Part shown: positions 39,232 through 48,937 of the stretch, piece by piece
How the letters are laid out: every line of letters begins with the position of its first letter
How positions within the stretch are numbered: position 1 is the first letter of the stretch
Source of the DNA: an uncultured Solirubrobacteraceae bacterium
GTDB taxonomy: Bacteria; Actinomycetota; Thermoleophilia; Solirubrobacterales; Solirubrobacteraceae
Direction of reading: 5' to 3'
Assembly: GCA_964588985.1 (NCBI GenBank)
Contig: CAZPQW010000001.1
Coordinates: 192,001-256,000, forward strand
Length of the DNA: 64,000 nt
Made by a program: the position numbers and the translations under genes
The notes under the pieces: model-generated
The model's input: the letters and a program-made list of their open reading frames with translations, nothing else
Told to the model about the DNA's origin: nothing
Databases searched by the model: none

Positions 39232-39684
39232 ATGGCAGCAAAAGACAGGTTGGGCAAGGCTGGGGAAGCCGCCCAGAACAACCAGTACCTGCAGCGCCTG
39301 ATCGAGGACGAGGAGCTCCGCTCGAGCCTGTTCTCCGCGTATGACGCCGCGCGCAATGCTTACTCACGTGTGAGCAACGGCAAGCCCGCCGGCTGGGCCC
39401 TGCTCGACGACAGCAAGTTCCACGACGAGCTCAAGAGCGCGGCATCCGCGCTGCGCGACGCATCGGGCGCCCTGCGTGAGCCTCCCAAGCAGGCGCGTAA
39501 GCGCCGTGGCGGTCTGGGCCGCTCGCTGATCCTCTTCGCGGTCGGAGCGGTGCTCGCGCTGGCTGTGAGTGAGGATCTGCGCTCGAAGGTGCTCGATCTG
39601 CTGTTCGGAGCCGAGGAGGAGTTCGACTACAGCTCGACCACCGCCCCGGCGACGCCCGCGCCGGCAGCGGTAGTCGGTAGCTGA
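39232..39684 (+). CDS. Hypothetical membrane-anchored protein
   Basis: SD GAGG then ATG at 39232; helical N-terminus, single TM. Confidence 0.7.
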   Translation: MAAKDRLGKAGEAAQNNQYLQRLIEDEELRSSLFSAYDAARNAYSRVSNGKPAGWALLDDSKFHDELKSAASALRDASGALREPPKQARKRRGGLGRSLILFAVGAVLALAVSEDLRSKVLDLLFGAEEEFDYSSTTAPATPAPAAVVGS

Positions 39685-39705
39685 ACTCGAGCCTAGGGGG
39701 CAGGG

Positions 39706-40362
39706 ATGAGCATCTTGGATGCCACTGCAGTGGAGGAGGCTGTCGCGCCTGAGAGTCAGACGCGTCCTGGCGCCGCTCGCTCGCTCTCGGGTGAGAAGGC
39801 GCAGCGGATCATCGATGCGATGCGTCGCAGCGTCGCGCGTCGTGGCACCGCGGGCTCGACCTTTGAGCACGTCTCGCGCGAGGCGGGTGTCTCGCGAGGG
39901 CTGCTGCACTACTACTTCGGCACCAAGGAGCAGTTGCTCGTGGAGGCGGTGCGGCGCGACTGCGAGCTGCGCCTGGAGCGACTCGAGCGCCAGCTGTCCA
40001 CCGCCAAGACGGCCGAGGACTTCATCGGGTTGATGGCCAAGAACCTGCAGGACACCGTCAGCGAGGACCCCGAGTTCGTGACGTTGGTGTTCGAGCTTTT
40101 CACCATGTCGCGTCGCAACGAGGACATCGCGGTGGAGTACGCGGGCTTGATGCGACGCACGCGCGAACAGGTGGCGGGGATGCTCGCGGCCGCTCAGAGC
40201 GAGGGGATCCTGCGGTTGCACGCCGAGCCGGAGGCCGTCGCGGAGATCCTGTTCTCGATCGGCGACGGGTTCGCGCTGCGAATGCTTAGCGAGCCCGATC
40301 GCGACTTCTCGACGACGATCCAGGCGGGCATCGTGTGCGCGGGCGCGCTGCTCACCGATTGA
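39706..40362 (+). CDS. TetR family transcriptional regulator
   Basis: TFEHVSREAGVSRGLLHYYFGTKEQL. Confidence 0.92.
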   Translation: MSILDATAVEEAVAPESQTRPGAARSLSGEKAQRIIDAMRRSVARRGTAGSTFEHVSREAGVSRGLLHYYFGTKEQLLVEAVRRDCELRLERLERQLSTAKTAEDFIGLMAKNLQDTVSEDPEFVTLVFELFTMSRRNEDIAVEYAGLMRRTREQVAGMLAAAQSEGILRLHAEPEAVAEILFSIGDGFALRMLSEPDRDFSTTIQAGIVCAGALLTD

Positions 40363-40383
40363 CGGCTCCTATAATCGGCCTCC

Positions 40384-40752
40384 ATGCCGATATACGAGTA
40401 CAGGCGCCCGGACGGCACCACCTTTGAAATACAGCAGTCCTTCAGCGAAGACGCGCTGACGGTCGACCCGGACACCGGGGTGCCGGTGGAGCGCGTTCTT
40501 CACGCGCCCGCGGTTCACTTCAAGGGCAAAGGCTTCTACAACACCGACTACGGCACCCGCAACCGCCAGCGCGAGACCGCCGCGGCGGCCGAGAAGTCCT
40601 CCTCCGAGAAGTCGACGTCGTCGGAGAAGTCCTCGAGCGAGAAGACATCCGACAGCTCCAGCTCCACCCCATCGTCGACCTCGTCGGAGAGCAAGAGCGA
40701 CAAGAGCCCCGCCAAGGCCAAGGAGTCGAAGCCCGTCGCGGCCAAGGGCTGA
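40384..40752 (+). CDS. FmdB family protein lacking zinc-ribbon cysteines
   Basis: MPIYEY...FKGKGFYNTDY with a Ser/Lys-rich tail; no Cys. Confidence 0.85.
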   Translation: MPIYEYRRPDGTTFEIQQSFSEDALTVDPDTGVPVERVLHAPAVHFKGKGFYNTDYGTRNRQRETAAAAEKSSSEKSTSSEKSSSEKTSDSSSSTPSSTSSESKSDKSPAKAKESKPVAAKG

Positions 40753-40761
40753 GCTCGCAGC

Positions 40762-41913
40762 TCAGCCGCTCATGAAGCGCGCGACCGCCGCTCGGCGCGC
40801 GCTTTCTGAAACCGTCAAGCCATCTCCTCCGCCGGGCAGCGTCATCGCTCCGGTCGGTTTGAGCACGCGCGTCGGCGGTGTGCCCGAGATGGCAAGCGCT
40901 CCAAACAGCCCGAGCAGGGTGGAGCCGCTCATGTCCGAGATGATCGCCGGCGGCGCATTCCATGCGATCAGCGGCAGACGCAGGAAGCTCGAGGGCGAGA
41001 GCAGGCGGCTCTTCATACCGTTGAACAGCGCCTGCTGGTGTTCCTCGCGCTGGAGGTCGGTCTCGTTGGGTGCGCACAGGTTCTCCCGCGTGCGTGCCAG
41101 CGCGAGCGCCTGCTTGCCATTGATGTGGTGTGTGCCGGCTTTCAGTCGGAGCGTGTAGCCGCCGTTGCTGAAGCCGCCGTCGAGCTTCGACACCACACAG
41201 CCGCCCGTGTAGCTCACACCTCCCATCGCGTCGATCAGCTGCGGGAAGTTTTCGAAGTTCACTTCCACCAGGTGGTTGATCGGTATGCCCAGCCAGCGCT
41301 TGATCACCGAGATCGACTCGGCCGGCCCGCCGAAGGCGTGCGCGGCGTTGATCTTCTGCAGTCCGTGCCCCGGGATTTCCACGACGGTGTCGCGTGGGAT
41401 CGAAAGGCGAGCGGAGTGCCCGCCGCCCGTCCGGATCAGCATGATCGTGTCCGAGCGTCCCGGGCCCGACGTTTCCGCCCCTGGTTCCTTGCTGTTCTTC
41501 TGGCGCCGATCCGAGCCGAGCACGAGGATGTCGTTGACCGACGTCAGCGGATAGCCCGCCGGGTCGAGCACGCTCGCGACATCCCCCGGCGGAGAGGTGC
41601 GGTTGAACTGCGAGCTGAGCAGGAACAGCACGAGCGAGAACAGGATCCAGAGGAGGGCGAGGGAGAGGAGGCTGAGAGCGATGCGTTTGGGCGTGGTCCA
41701 CCGACGCCAGCCGACGCGGCCCAGCTTCGGACGGCGGCGCAGCCGGCCGATCCGCTTCGGTTCGCTGGCCGGGGAAGGCGCTCTCGGATGACCTCGCGGG
41801 GGTGCCTGCGGATCGCTCGTCGCGGCGCCCAGCTCGTCTTCCTCGCCGCCCAGCAGCCTCCGCCGTGCGCGGTAGCGGGTGTACTGCGGCGGCTCTTCGC
41901 GGTCGGGGGCCAT
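40762..41913 (-). CDS. LytR-CpsA-Psr (LCP) family protein
   Basis: ILVLGSD, RSDTIML, LSIPRD, KINAAH, ALALARTR. Confidence 0.92.
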   Translation of the reverse strand: MAPDREEPPQYTRYRARRRLLGGEEDELGAATSDPQAPPRGHPRAPSPASEPKRIGRLRRRPKLGRVGWRRWTTPKRIALSLLSLALLWILFSLVLFLLSSQFNRTSPPGDVASVLDPAGYPLTSVNDILVLGSDRRQKNSKEPGAETSGPGRSDTIMLIRTGGGHSARLSIPRDTVVEIPGHGLQKINAAHAFGGPAESISVIKRWLGIPINHLVEVNFENFPQLIDAMGGVSYTGGCVVSKLDGGFSNGGYTLRLKAGTHHINGKQALALARTRENLCAPNETDLQREEHQQALFNGMKSRLLSPSSFLRLPLIAWNAPPAIISDMSGSTLLGLFGALAISGTPPTRVLKPTGAMTLPGGGDGLTVSESARRAAVARFMSG

Positions 41914-41936
41914 CGGAGGGACCCTATATTTGCGAG

Positions 41937-42782
41937 ATGAACGGCACCGAAACGCCGGTCGGACGGTTGGTCGTGTGCCCCACGCCGATCGGCAACCTCG
42001 AGGACGTGACGCTTCGCGTGCTCGCGACGCTCGCCGAGGCGGACATGGTCGCGTGCGAGGACACCCGCCACACGAAGGTGCTGCTCGACCGCCACTCCGT
42101 GCGCGCGCGGACGATCAGCGTGCACGAGCACAACGAAGGCGCGCGGGCGCAGGAGCTCGCGGCGCGCATCCGTGAGGGCGCGGTGGTGGCGCTGGTCTCG
42201 GACGCGGGCACCCCGCTGGTGTCCGATCCCGGCTTCGCGCTCGTGCGCGCCTGCCTGGCCGCGGGGCTTCCGGTCGAAGTGCTGCCGGGGCCGAGCGCCG
42301 CGATGACCGCGCTCGTCGCCTCGGGCCTGCCGGGCGAGAGCTGGCGCTTCGTCGGCTTCCTGCCGCGCGCCCGCGGCGAGCTAGGGGCGCTGCTCAGCAA
42401 CGCATCGGACACGCTCGTCGCGTTCGAGTCCCCACGTCGCCTCGCGGCCACGCTCGCGCTGCTCGCCGCCGGTGACCCGCAGCGCCCCGTCGCGGTGTGC
42501 AGGGAGCTGACCAAGCTGCACGAGGAAGTGCGCCGCGGTGGCGCCGCCGAGCTGGCGGAGCACTACCGCGAGCACCCGCCGCGTGGCGAGGTGGTGCTCG
42601 TCTGCGGCGCCGCGCCCGCTGGTCAGGCCGACCGTGGGCAGGCGCTGGAGGCGCTGCGCGAGCTGATCGACGCCGGCGCCAAGGCGCGGCCCGCGGCGGC
42701 TGCGGTGGCGAGGCTGACCGGGCTGGGGGCGAACGAGCTGTACCGGGAGCTGCTGAGCGGAGAGAAGGCGTCTACACGGTAG
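41937..42782 (+). CDS. rsmI: 16S rRNA C1402 2'-O-methyltransferase
   Basis: TPIGNLEDVT, EDTRHT, SDAGTP..SDPG, RELTKLHEE. Confidence 0.95.
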   Translation: MNGTETPVGRLVVCPTPIGNLEDVTLRVLATLAEADMVACEDTRHTKVLLDRHSVRARTISVHEHNEGARAQELAARIREGAVVALVSDAGTPLVSDPGFALVRACLAAGLPVEVLPGPSAAMTALVASGLPGESWRFVGFLPRARGELGALLSNASDTLVAFESPRRLAATLALLAAGDPQRPVAVCRELTKLHEEVRRGGAAELAEHYREHPPRGEVVLVCGAAPAGQADRGQALEALRELIDAGAKARPAAAAVARLTGLGANELYRELLSGEKASTR

Positions 42783-42799
42783 GTGCTAAATCGTGTAGA
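42771..42799 (+). promoter_or_regulatory. Inverted repeat overlapping the TA promoter; putative operator
   Basis: TCTACACG-N13-CGTGTAGA; the right arm overlaps a TAGAGT -10 that lies 7 nt before the ATG. Confidence 0.55.
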
Positions 42800-42808
42800 G
42801 TGCTGTCG

Positions 42809-43072
42809 ATGAATCAGGCGACCACACGGCTGAATGTGACTTTGGACTCCGAGCACGCGGCCAAGCTCTCCATGCTGGCGGAGCGCACGCACGTTCAGGA
42901 GGGAACCCTGGCCCGATCGCTACTGTCGAGCGCACTCGACGAGGCCGATCCCGATCCGCGTACAGTGACGGCGCTGCTCGAAGGCATTCCTGGAGCGGTC
43001 GAGAACGCCCAGCTCGGTCTGCAGCAGGCCAGGGAAGGCAAGACCGTCCCACTCGACGCGCTCTTGTCGTAG
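42809..43072 (+). CDS. Putative RHH-type antitoxin
   Basis: TTRLNVTLD beta strand followed by helices; C-terminal AREGKTVPLD; upstream of a RelE/ParE-like gene. Confidence 0.7.
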   Translation: MNQATTRLNVTLDSEHAAKLSMLAERTHVQEGTLARSLLSSALDEADPDPRTVTALLEGIPGAVENAQLGLQQAREGKTVPLDALLS

Positions 43073-43080
43073 CAGGGAGC

Positions 43081-43392
43081 GTGACGCGCGTAGAGCTGAG
43101 CCTTGCGGCGAGCGAACAGCTCGAGCGGTTGATCGTGACGCACAGCCTGCCCGCGAACACAAACCCGCGCGTTGGACGCTCGCTGCGTCTGCTGGAGCAG
43201 TTTCCGTCGATGGGGCGCCATCTCGGAGGTCAACTTGAGGGCTTCCGTTTCATTCTCGGCCCGTGGCGGTGGCTGCTGATCGTGTACGCGTATGAGGAAC
43301 CCGCGGACCGCGCGCTCGTGGTGGACTTCCAGGATGCCCGCTCGTCGACCGCTGTGACCTCGCTTGCAACCCGCCCTGGCAACCCCCGCTAG
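43081..43392 (+). CDS. RelE/ParE family toxin
   Basis: VELSLAASEQL...LEQFPSMGR...LIVY...VVDFQDAR. Confidence 0.75.
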   Translation: MTRVELSLAASEQLERLIVTHSLPANTNPRVGRSLRLLEQFPSMGRHLGGQLEGFRFILGPWRWLLIVYAYEEPADRALVVDFQDARSSTAVTSLATRPGNPR

Positions 43393-43407
43393 CGTGAGAG
43401 CCGGCCC

Positions 43408-44910
43408 ATGTCCTTCTACGTAACCACCCCCATCTACTACGTCAACGCCGCGCCCCACCTCGGGCACGCGTACACGACGATCGCGGCGGATGTGATGGCA
43501 CGCCACCACCGCCAGCGCGGCGAGGAGGTGTTCTTCCTCACCGGCACCGACGAGCACGGCGAGCCGGTGGCGGACGCGGCGCACGCGCTCGGCATCGAGC
43601 CGCAGGAGCTGGCCGACCGCAACGCGGAGCGCTTCAAGGCGCTCGCACCGCAGCTCACCGCCAGCAACGACTTCTTCATCCGCACCACCGACCCCCAGCA
43701 CGAAGCGAAGGTGCAGGAGGTGCTCTCGCGGGTGCGCGACAACGGCTTCGTGTACATGGGCACGTACGAGGGCTGGTACTGCCCGCGCTGCGCGGACTTC
43801 AAGGCCGACAACGAGGTCGAGGAGGGCAACCGCTGCCCGATCCACCACATCGAGCTGACGCGCGAGCAGGAGGACAACTACTTCTTCAAGCTGTCCGCCT
43901 TCCAGGAGCGCCTCGAAGCGCTGTACGCCGAGCGCGAGGACTTCGTCGCGCCGCGCACGCGCTACAACGAGGCGCTGTCGTTCATCCGCTCGGGCCTGCG
44001 CGACGTGCCGCTCACGCGCCACAAGCTGACCTGGGGCGTGCAGGTGCCGTGGGACCCCGAGCACGTGTTCTACGTGTGGTTCGACGCGCTGCTCAACTAC
44101 TACTCGGCGCTGTCTTACGCTAGGGAGGGCGAGGACATCACCGACCGGCTGTGGCCCGCCAGCTACCACCTGATCGGCAAGGACATCCTGCGCTTCCACG
44201 CCGTGTACTGGCCCGCGCTGTTGATGGCCGCTGACATCGAGCTGCCAGAGCACGTGTTCGTGCACGGCTTCCTGCTGATGGACGGCGAGAAGATGAGCAA
44301 GTCGCTCGGCAACGTGCTCGACCCGTTCGCCGTCATAGAGCGATACGGCCCGGACGCGTTGCGCTTCTACCTGCTGCGCGACGTGCCGTTCGGCCAGGAC
44401 GGGTCGGTGTCCACCGCCGCGTTCGAGCTGCGCTACGAGAGCGAGCTCGCGAACGAGCTCGGCAACCTCGCCAGCCGCACGATCGGGATGCTCGCGCGCT
44501 ACCGCGACGGCGCCGTGTCGGCGGGCGATCTCGACCCGATCCTCGTGGAGTCCTTCGCCGGCCTGCGCGAGCGGGTCGCCGCGCACGTCGACCGCGCGGA
44601 GCTGACGCTCGCCCTCGAGGAGATCTGGCAGCTGGTGAGGCGCATGAACCGCTACGTCGAGGAGCAGGCGCCGTGGGTGCTCGCCAAAGACGAGGCGCGC
44701 GCGGAGGAGCTCGACCGGGTGCTGCGCACGCTCGCCGAGGGGCTGCGGACGGTGACGGTGCTGCTGTGGCCGTACCTGCCCACGAGCGCCGAGCGGCTGC
44801 TCGACGCGCTGGGTGCGCCCGACCTCACGTTCGCGGCGGGCGATCTGGGGGCCGGACGGATCGAGCGCGTGCAGACGCTGGAATCGCTGTTCCCCAAGGA
44901 GCAGCGGTGA
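43408..44910 (+). CDS. metG: Methionine--tRNA ligase
   Basis: HLGH, GTDEHG, YVWFDAL, KMSKS. Confidence 0.97.
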   Translation: MSFYVTTPIYYVNAAPHLGHAYTTIAADVMARHHRQRGEEVFFLTGTDEHGEPVADAAHALGIEPQELADRNAERFKALAPQLTASNDFFIRTTDPQHEAKVQEVLSRVRDNGFVYMGTYEGWYCPRCADFKADNEVEEGNRCPIHHIELTREQEDNYFFKLSAFQERLEALYAEREDFVAPRTRYNEALSFIRSGLRDVPLTRHKLTWGVQVPWDPEHVFYVWFDALLNYYSALSYAREGEDITDRLWPASYHLIGKDILRFHAVYWPALLMAADIELPEHVFVHGFLLMDGEKMSKSLGNVLDPFAVIERYGPDALRFYLLRDVPFGQDGSVSTAAFELRYESELANELGNLASRTIGMLARYRDGAVSAGDLDPILVESFAGLRERVAAHVDRAELTLALEEIWQLVRRMNRYVEEQAPWVLAKDEARAEELDRVLRTLAEGLRTVTVLLWPYLPTSAERLLDALGAPDLTFAAGDLGAGRIERVQTLESLFPKEQR

Positions 44911-44929
44911 TCGCCGGCCCGTCCGCCCG

Positions 44930-45685
44930 ATGATCGACTCCCACACCCACCTGCACCTGTGCGAGCCGTCCAACGCGCAGCTGGTGGAGGCAGCCGTGGC
45001 CGCAGGGGTGACGCGGATGGTGACCGTGGGGATCGACGGCGCCTCCTGCCGCGCCGCGCTCGCCGCCGCGGAGGACTTCCCGCAGGTCTACGCCGCGATC
45101 GGCCGACACCCGAACGCCGCCAAGGGCTTCGACGACGCCGACCTCGCTGAGCTGCAGGCGCTCGCCGCGCACCCCCGCTGCGTCGCGATCGGCGAGACCG
45201 GCCTCGACTTCTACCGCGACACCGTGCCGCCGCGCGCCGACCAGGACCGTGCGTTCGCCGCGCAGATAGCGCTCGCGCGCGACACCGGCAAGCCGCTTGT
45301 GATCCACACCCGCGCGGCCGAGAGCGAAACGCTCGACCAGCTCGCCGTCGAAGCGGACGGCGTGAGCGTCGTGATGCACTGCTTCTCGATGCCCGAGCGG
45401 CTCGACGAGTGCGTCGCGCGCGGCTACGCGATCTCCTTCGCCGGCAACGTCACCTACAAGAACGCCGCCGACCTCGCCGTCGCCGCCGCGCGGGTCCCCG
45501 AGGAGTTCCTGCTGATGGAGACCGACGCTCCATACCTCACACCCCAGGTGGTGCGAAAGGAACGCAACCAGCCCGCGTTCGTCACGCACACGCTCCAGTT
45601 CGTCGCACAGCTGCGCGGCGTAGCGGTGGACGAGCTGGGCGCGACGGTCGAGCGCAACGCGGCCCGCGTGTTCGGTTGGGCATGA
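44930..45685 (+). CDS. tatD: TatD family hydrolase
   Basis: MIDSHTHL, IGETGLD, IHTR, HCFS, ETDAPYL. Confidence 0.95.
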   Translation: MIDSHTHLHLCEPSNAQLVEAAVAAGVTRMVTVGIDGASCRAALAAAEDFPQVYAAIGRHPNAAKGFDDADLAELQALAAHPRCVAIGETGLDFYRDTVPPRADQDRAFAAQIALARDTGKPLVIHTRAAESETLDQLAVEADGVSVVMHCFSMPERLDECVARGYAISFAGNVTYKNAADLAVAAARVPEEFLLMETDAPYLTPQVVRKERNQPAFVTHTLQFVAQLRGVAVDELGATVERNAARVFGWA

Positions 45686-46536
45686 GTGTTGTGAGCGACG
45701 CGCCCGTGCAGCCGAGCCTGCGCCGGATGCGCCAGTTCGGCGTGCGCCCCGACCGCGACCTCGGACAGAACTTCCTCATCGACTCCAACATCCTCGGCGT
45801 GATCGAGCGCGCCGCGGAGCTCGACCCGGAGGATGTCGTGCTGGAGATCGGCGGCGGCCTCGGCGTGCTCTCCGAGCACCTCGCCGAGCGCGTCGCGCAC
45901 GTGCACGTGATCGAGATCGACGAGCGCCTTCGCGAGCCGCTGCAGGACGCCACCGGCGCGCACGCGAGCGTCACCGTGCACTGGGCCGACGCGATGACGT
46001 TCGATCTCAGCACGCTCGACCCGGCTCCCGACAAGGTAGTCGCGAACCTCCCCTACGGCATCGCCGCGGGCGTGCTGCTGCGCACCGTCGAGGAGCTACC
46101 CGGGGTTCGCCTGTGGGTGGGGATGACGCAACGCGAGGTCGGCGAGCGCCTCGCGGCCTCGCCGGGCAGCAGCGCCTATGGCACGCCGTCGGTGCTCGCG
46201 CAGCTCGTGTGCGAGGTGCGGGTGCTGCGCGCGGTGCCGCGCACGGTGTTCCATCCGGTGCCTAACGTGGACTCGGTGCTCGTGGGGATGTATCGGCGGC
46301 CGGAGGGGAGCAGCTCAAGGGCGCTACGCGCGCTCGTGAGCGGCGGCTTCGCTCACCGGCGAAAGACGCTCGTCGGGTCGCTCGCGCTGTCGCAGGGAGG
46401 CTCGGCGGCACTCCCGCCCCGCTCGCGAGAGCAGGTTCGCGAGGCGCTGCTGGCTCTCGGCCAGCCCGCGGACGTGCGCGCCGAGCGCCTCAGCCCGGAG
46501 GACTTTCGCGCGCTGGCGGGCCTGCTGGAGCTATGA
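45682..46536 (+). CDS. rsmA: 16S rRNA adenine dimethyltransferase
   Basis: LGQNFLID, LEIGGGLG, VANLPY, PNVDS. Confidence 0.95.
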   Translation: MSVVSDAPVQPSLRRMRQFGVRPDRDLGQNFLIDSNILGVIERAAELDPEDVVLEIGGGLGVLSEHLAERVAHVHVIEIDERLREPLQDATGAHASVTVHWADAMTFDLSTLDPAPDKVVANLPYGIAAGVLLRTVEELPGVRLWVGMTQREVGERLAASPGSSAYGTPSVLAQLVCEVRVLRAVPRTVFHPVPNVDSVLVGMYRRPEGSSSRALRALVSGGFAHRRKTLVGSLALSQGGSAALPPRSREQVREALLALGQPADVRAERLSPEDFRALAGLLEL

Positions 46537-47483
46537 GCGTCCACCGCGCGCTGGCGCCCGCGAAGGTCAACCTGGGGCTGTTCGTGGGCCCCAAGCGCGC
46601 GAGCGATGGCCGGCACGAGCTGGTCACGGTGATGCAGTCGGTCTCGCTCGCGGACGAGCTGACGCTCCAGGACGCCCCCGCGGGAGCGGAGCGCGACGAG
46701 GTTCTCTGCCCGGGCGTGCCCGGCCCGCCGGAGGAGAACCTCGCGGCCGCGGCGCTGCGCGCGTTTCGCGCGAGCACCCGCTGGGCGGCGCCCGCACAGC
46801 GGCTGACGATCAACAAGCGGATTCCCGTGGCGGCGGGGCTGGCGGGCGGCTCGGCGGACGCCGCCGCCGCGCTGCGTCTCGCCAGCCACGCGTCTGGTCT
46901 CGGAGACGAGCGACTGCTGCGCGAGCTGGGGGCGCAGCTGGGTGCGGATGTGCCCGCGCAAATCGCACCCGGGCGCTGGCTGGCGACCGGCGCGGGCGAG
47001 CGCCTGCTCGAGCTGGCCGCCCCGACGAGCGATCTCGGGGTGCTCGTTCTGCCCGCCGCCACTGGGCTGTCAACGGGGGCGGTGTACGGAGAGGCTGACC
47101 GCCTTGACGCTACCCGCACCGGCGCCGAACTCGAGGACCTGCGCCTGAGTGTGAGCACCGCGCTGCGGGACGGGGCGGCGCTCCCGGCAGCGGAGAACCT
47201 GCTCCACAACGACCTCGAGCGTGCCGCGGTGTCGCTGTGCCCGGAGATCGACGAGCGGCTCGAGCTGGCGCGGAGGGCGGGCGCTACGGTGGCGCTCGTG
47301 AGCGGGTCCGGTCCGACCGTGCTGGGGCTGTTCGCCGCCTCGGACGCGGGCGGGCGTGACGGCTTGGAGCTCGCCGAGCTGGCCGCTTCGAGCCTGCACG
47401 GGCCGGGGGTGGCGCCTATCTGTGCGACACCGGTAGACGCGACGTTCGGGCGTTGCGTCACAATCCCTGGCGGAGACACGTGA
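46533..47483 (+). CDS. ispE: 4-diphosphocytidyl-2-C-methyl-D-erythritol kinase
   Basis: APAKVNLGL, KRIPVAAGLAGGSADAAA, GADVP, SGSGPT. Confidence 0.95.
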   Translation: MSVHRALAPAKVNLGLFVGPKRASDGRHELVTVMQSVSLADELTLQDAPAGAERDEVLCPGVPGPPEENLAAAALRAFRASTRWAAPAQRLTINKRIPVAAGLAGGSADAAAALRLASHASGLGDERLLRELGAQLGADVPAQIAPGRWLATGAGERLLELAAPTSDLGVLVLPAATGLSTGAVYGEADRLDATRTGAELEDLRLSVSTALRDGAALPAAENLLHNDLERAAVSLCPEIDERLELARRAGATVALVSGSGPTVLGLFAASDAGGRDGLELAELAASSLHGPGVAPICATPVDATFGRCVTIPGGDT

Positions 47484-47695
47484 TGAGCAGAGCGGCGATC
47501 AACGAGTTGGTGGCAGGCGGAGCGGGCGCGATCGGCCTGGGGCTGTACGCCGGCCTGATCCTGAGGCCGGCGTGGATCTCCTACACGCGCCTGTGGGAGC
47601 GGCTCGCCGCGACCGTGCTCACGCTTTACGTGCTGGCCGTGCTCGTCGGCGTAGGGGTGGCCGCGGCGCTCGCGGCCGTCTACTTCTGGGGCTAG
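47480..47695 (+). CDS. Small two-TM membrane protein
   Basis: GTGA overlap with the ispE stop; two hydrophobic helices. Confidence 0.65.
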   Translation: MMSRAAINELVAGGAGAIGLGLYAGLILRPAWISYTRLWERLAATVLTLYVLAVLVGVGVAAALAAVYFWG

Positions 47696-47698
47696 GGC

Positions 47699-48928
47699 GT
47701 GTCAGACCTCGCGGCGTTGGACGCGATCACGGAGGCAGTCGAGTCCGGTGCCGGGCTGCCTGAGGTGGTGCGGGCGGCCGCGCGAGCGCTGGACGCGAGC
47801 CTCGCGGTGACGGACGCGTGGGGCGCGACACTCGCGGTCGCCGCGCGGTCCCCCGCGGAGGAGCGGGCGCTGCTGTCGCAGGGCGAGGGCGTCACGAGCG
47901 CGCCTCTGCGGGTGGCCGACACGGTCGTCGGCACGCTGCACATGCGCGTCAAGGCCGACCGCTCAGAGGGCGACCAGCCGGCGCCGATGCACAGGCTGCT
48001 GCTGACGATGATCGCCTCGGAGGTCGAGCGCGTGCGGGCGCCCGAGCGGGTGTCGGAGACCGCCTCGGCGGACTTCCTGCGCGCGATTCTGCGCCGCGAG
48101 CTGACCGGACGCGAGGAGCTGCTCGCGCGTGCGAAGGACCTGTCGCTGGCGCTGGAGGAGGGGGCGAGCATGATCGTCGCGCGCGCCAACCCGCAGTCGC
48201 CCACCGACGAGGGCTGGCGCGGTCGCGTGCGCGCGGTCGCCGAGCGCGGCGCGCGGGCGGTCACCAATCGCTCGATCGCGGCGCTCTCCGAGCGCGAGGG
48301 CGTCCCCGGCGCGGAGGTGCTCGTGCTGGTGCCTGGCGGCGAGGAGGCCACGGCGGCGCGCGCGGCCGAGGCGGTGCTGCAGGAGATGGAAGCGGCGCTC
48401 GCCGGCTATACGTTCGCGCTCGGGCGCAGCCGCATCACCGAGGACCCCGCCGATCTGCCGCGCGCGGCCAGCGAGGCGCTGCTGGCGGCGAACGTCGCCC
48501 AGGGCTCGCGCGACGGCACCGCGCTCGCCTTCGAGCAGACCGGCGCCTACCGCCTGCTGCTGTCGGCGATGAGCGAGAACCCGAGCGAGCTGCAGCGCTT
48601 CTACGCCGAGACGGTCGAACCGCTGGTCGCCTACGACGAGCAGTACGAGACCGACCTGGTGCGCACGCTCGAGACGTTCCTCGAGGCCGACGGCAACGTC
48701 GCCGGGACCGCCCAGCGGCTGTTCACCCACCGCCACACCATCTATTACCGACTCGAGCGCGTGCGCGAGCTCTCCGGTCTCGACGTCAGCTCCAGCGACG
48801 GGCGCGAGAAGCTCAGCCTGGGTCTGAAGTCGATGCGCGTGCTCGGCATCAGCTCCGCCGGCGGGCCCGCGTCGGAGGCCGGCGCCGAAGGCGGGCGCGT
48901 GCCCCGCCGCTCCGGCAGACGGCCCTAG
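47699..48928 (+). CDS. PucR/CdaR family transcriptional regulator
   Basis: DLVRTLETFL...TAQRLFTHRHTIYYRLERV. Confidence 0.9.
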   Translation: MSDLAALDAITEAVESGAGLPEVVRAAARALDASLAVTDAWGATLAVAARSPAEERALLSQGEGVTSAPLRVADTVVGTLHMRVKADRSEGDQPAPMHRLLLTMIASEVERVRAPERVSETASADFLRAILRRELTGREELLARAKDLSLALEEGASMIVARANPQSPTDEGWRGRVRAVAERGARAVTNRSIAALSEREGVPGAEVLVLVPGGEEATAARAAEAVLQEMEAALAGYTFALGRSRITEDPADLPRAASEALLAANVAQGSRDGTALAFEQTGAYRLLLSAMSENPSELQRFYAETVEPLVAYDEQYETDLVRTLETFLEADGNVAGTAQRLFTHRHTIYYRLERVRELSGLDVSSSDGREKLSLGLKSMRVLGISSAGGPASEAGAEGGRVPRRSGRRP

Positions 48929-48937
48929 AAGCGCGTT

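Noticed and set aside
40590-40700. TCC/TCG-GAGAAG repeats
   Set aside because: Encode the low-complexity SSEK tail of FmdB; not an independent repeat element
42895-44973. Long antisense ORFs (692 aa here, 753 aa at 54786-57047, 655 aa at 28524-30491)
   Set aside because: Expected shadows of metG, mfd and sdhA in high-GC DNA
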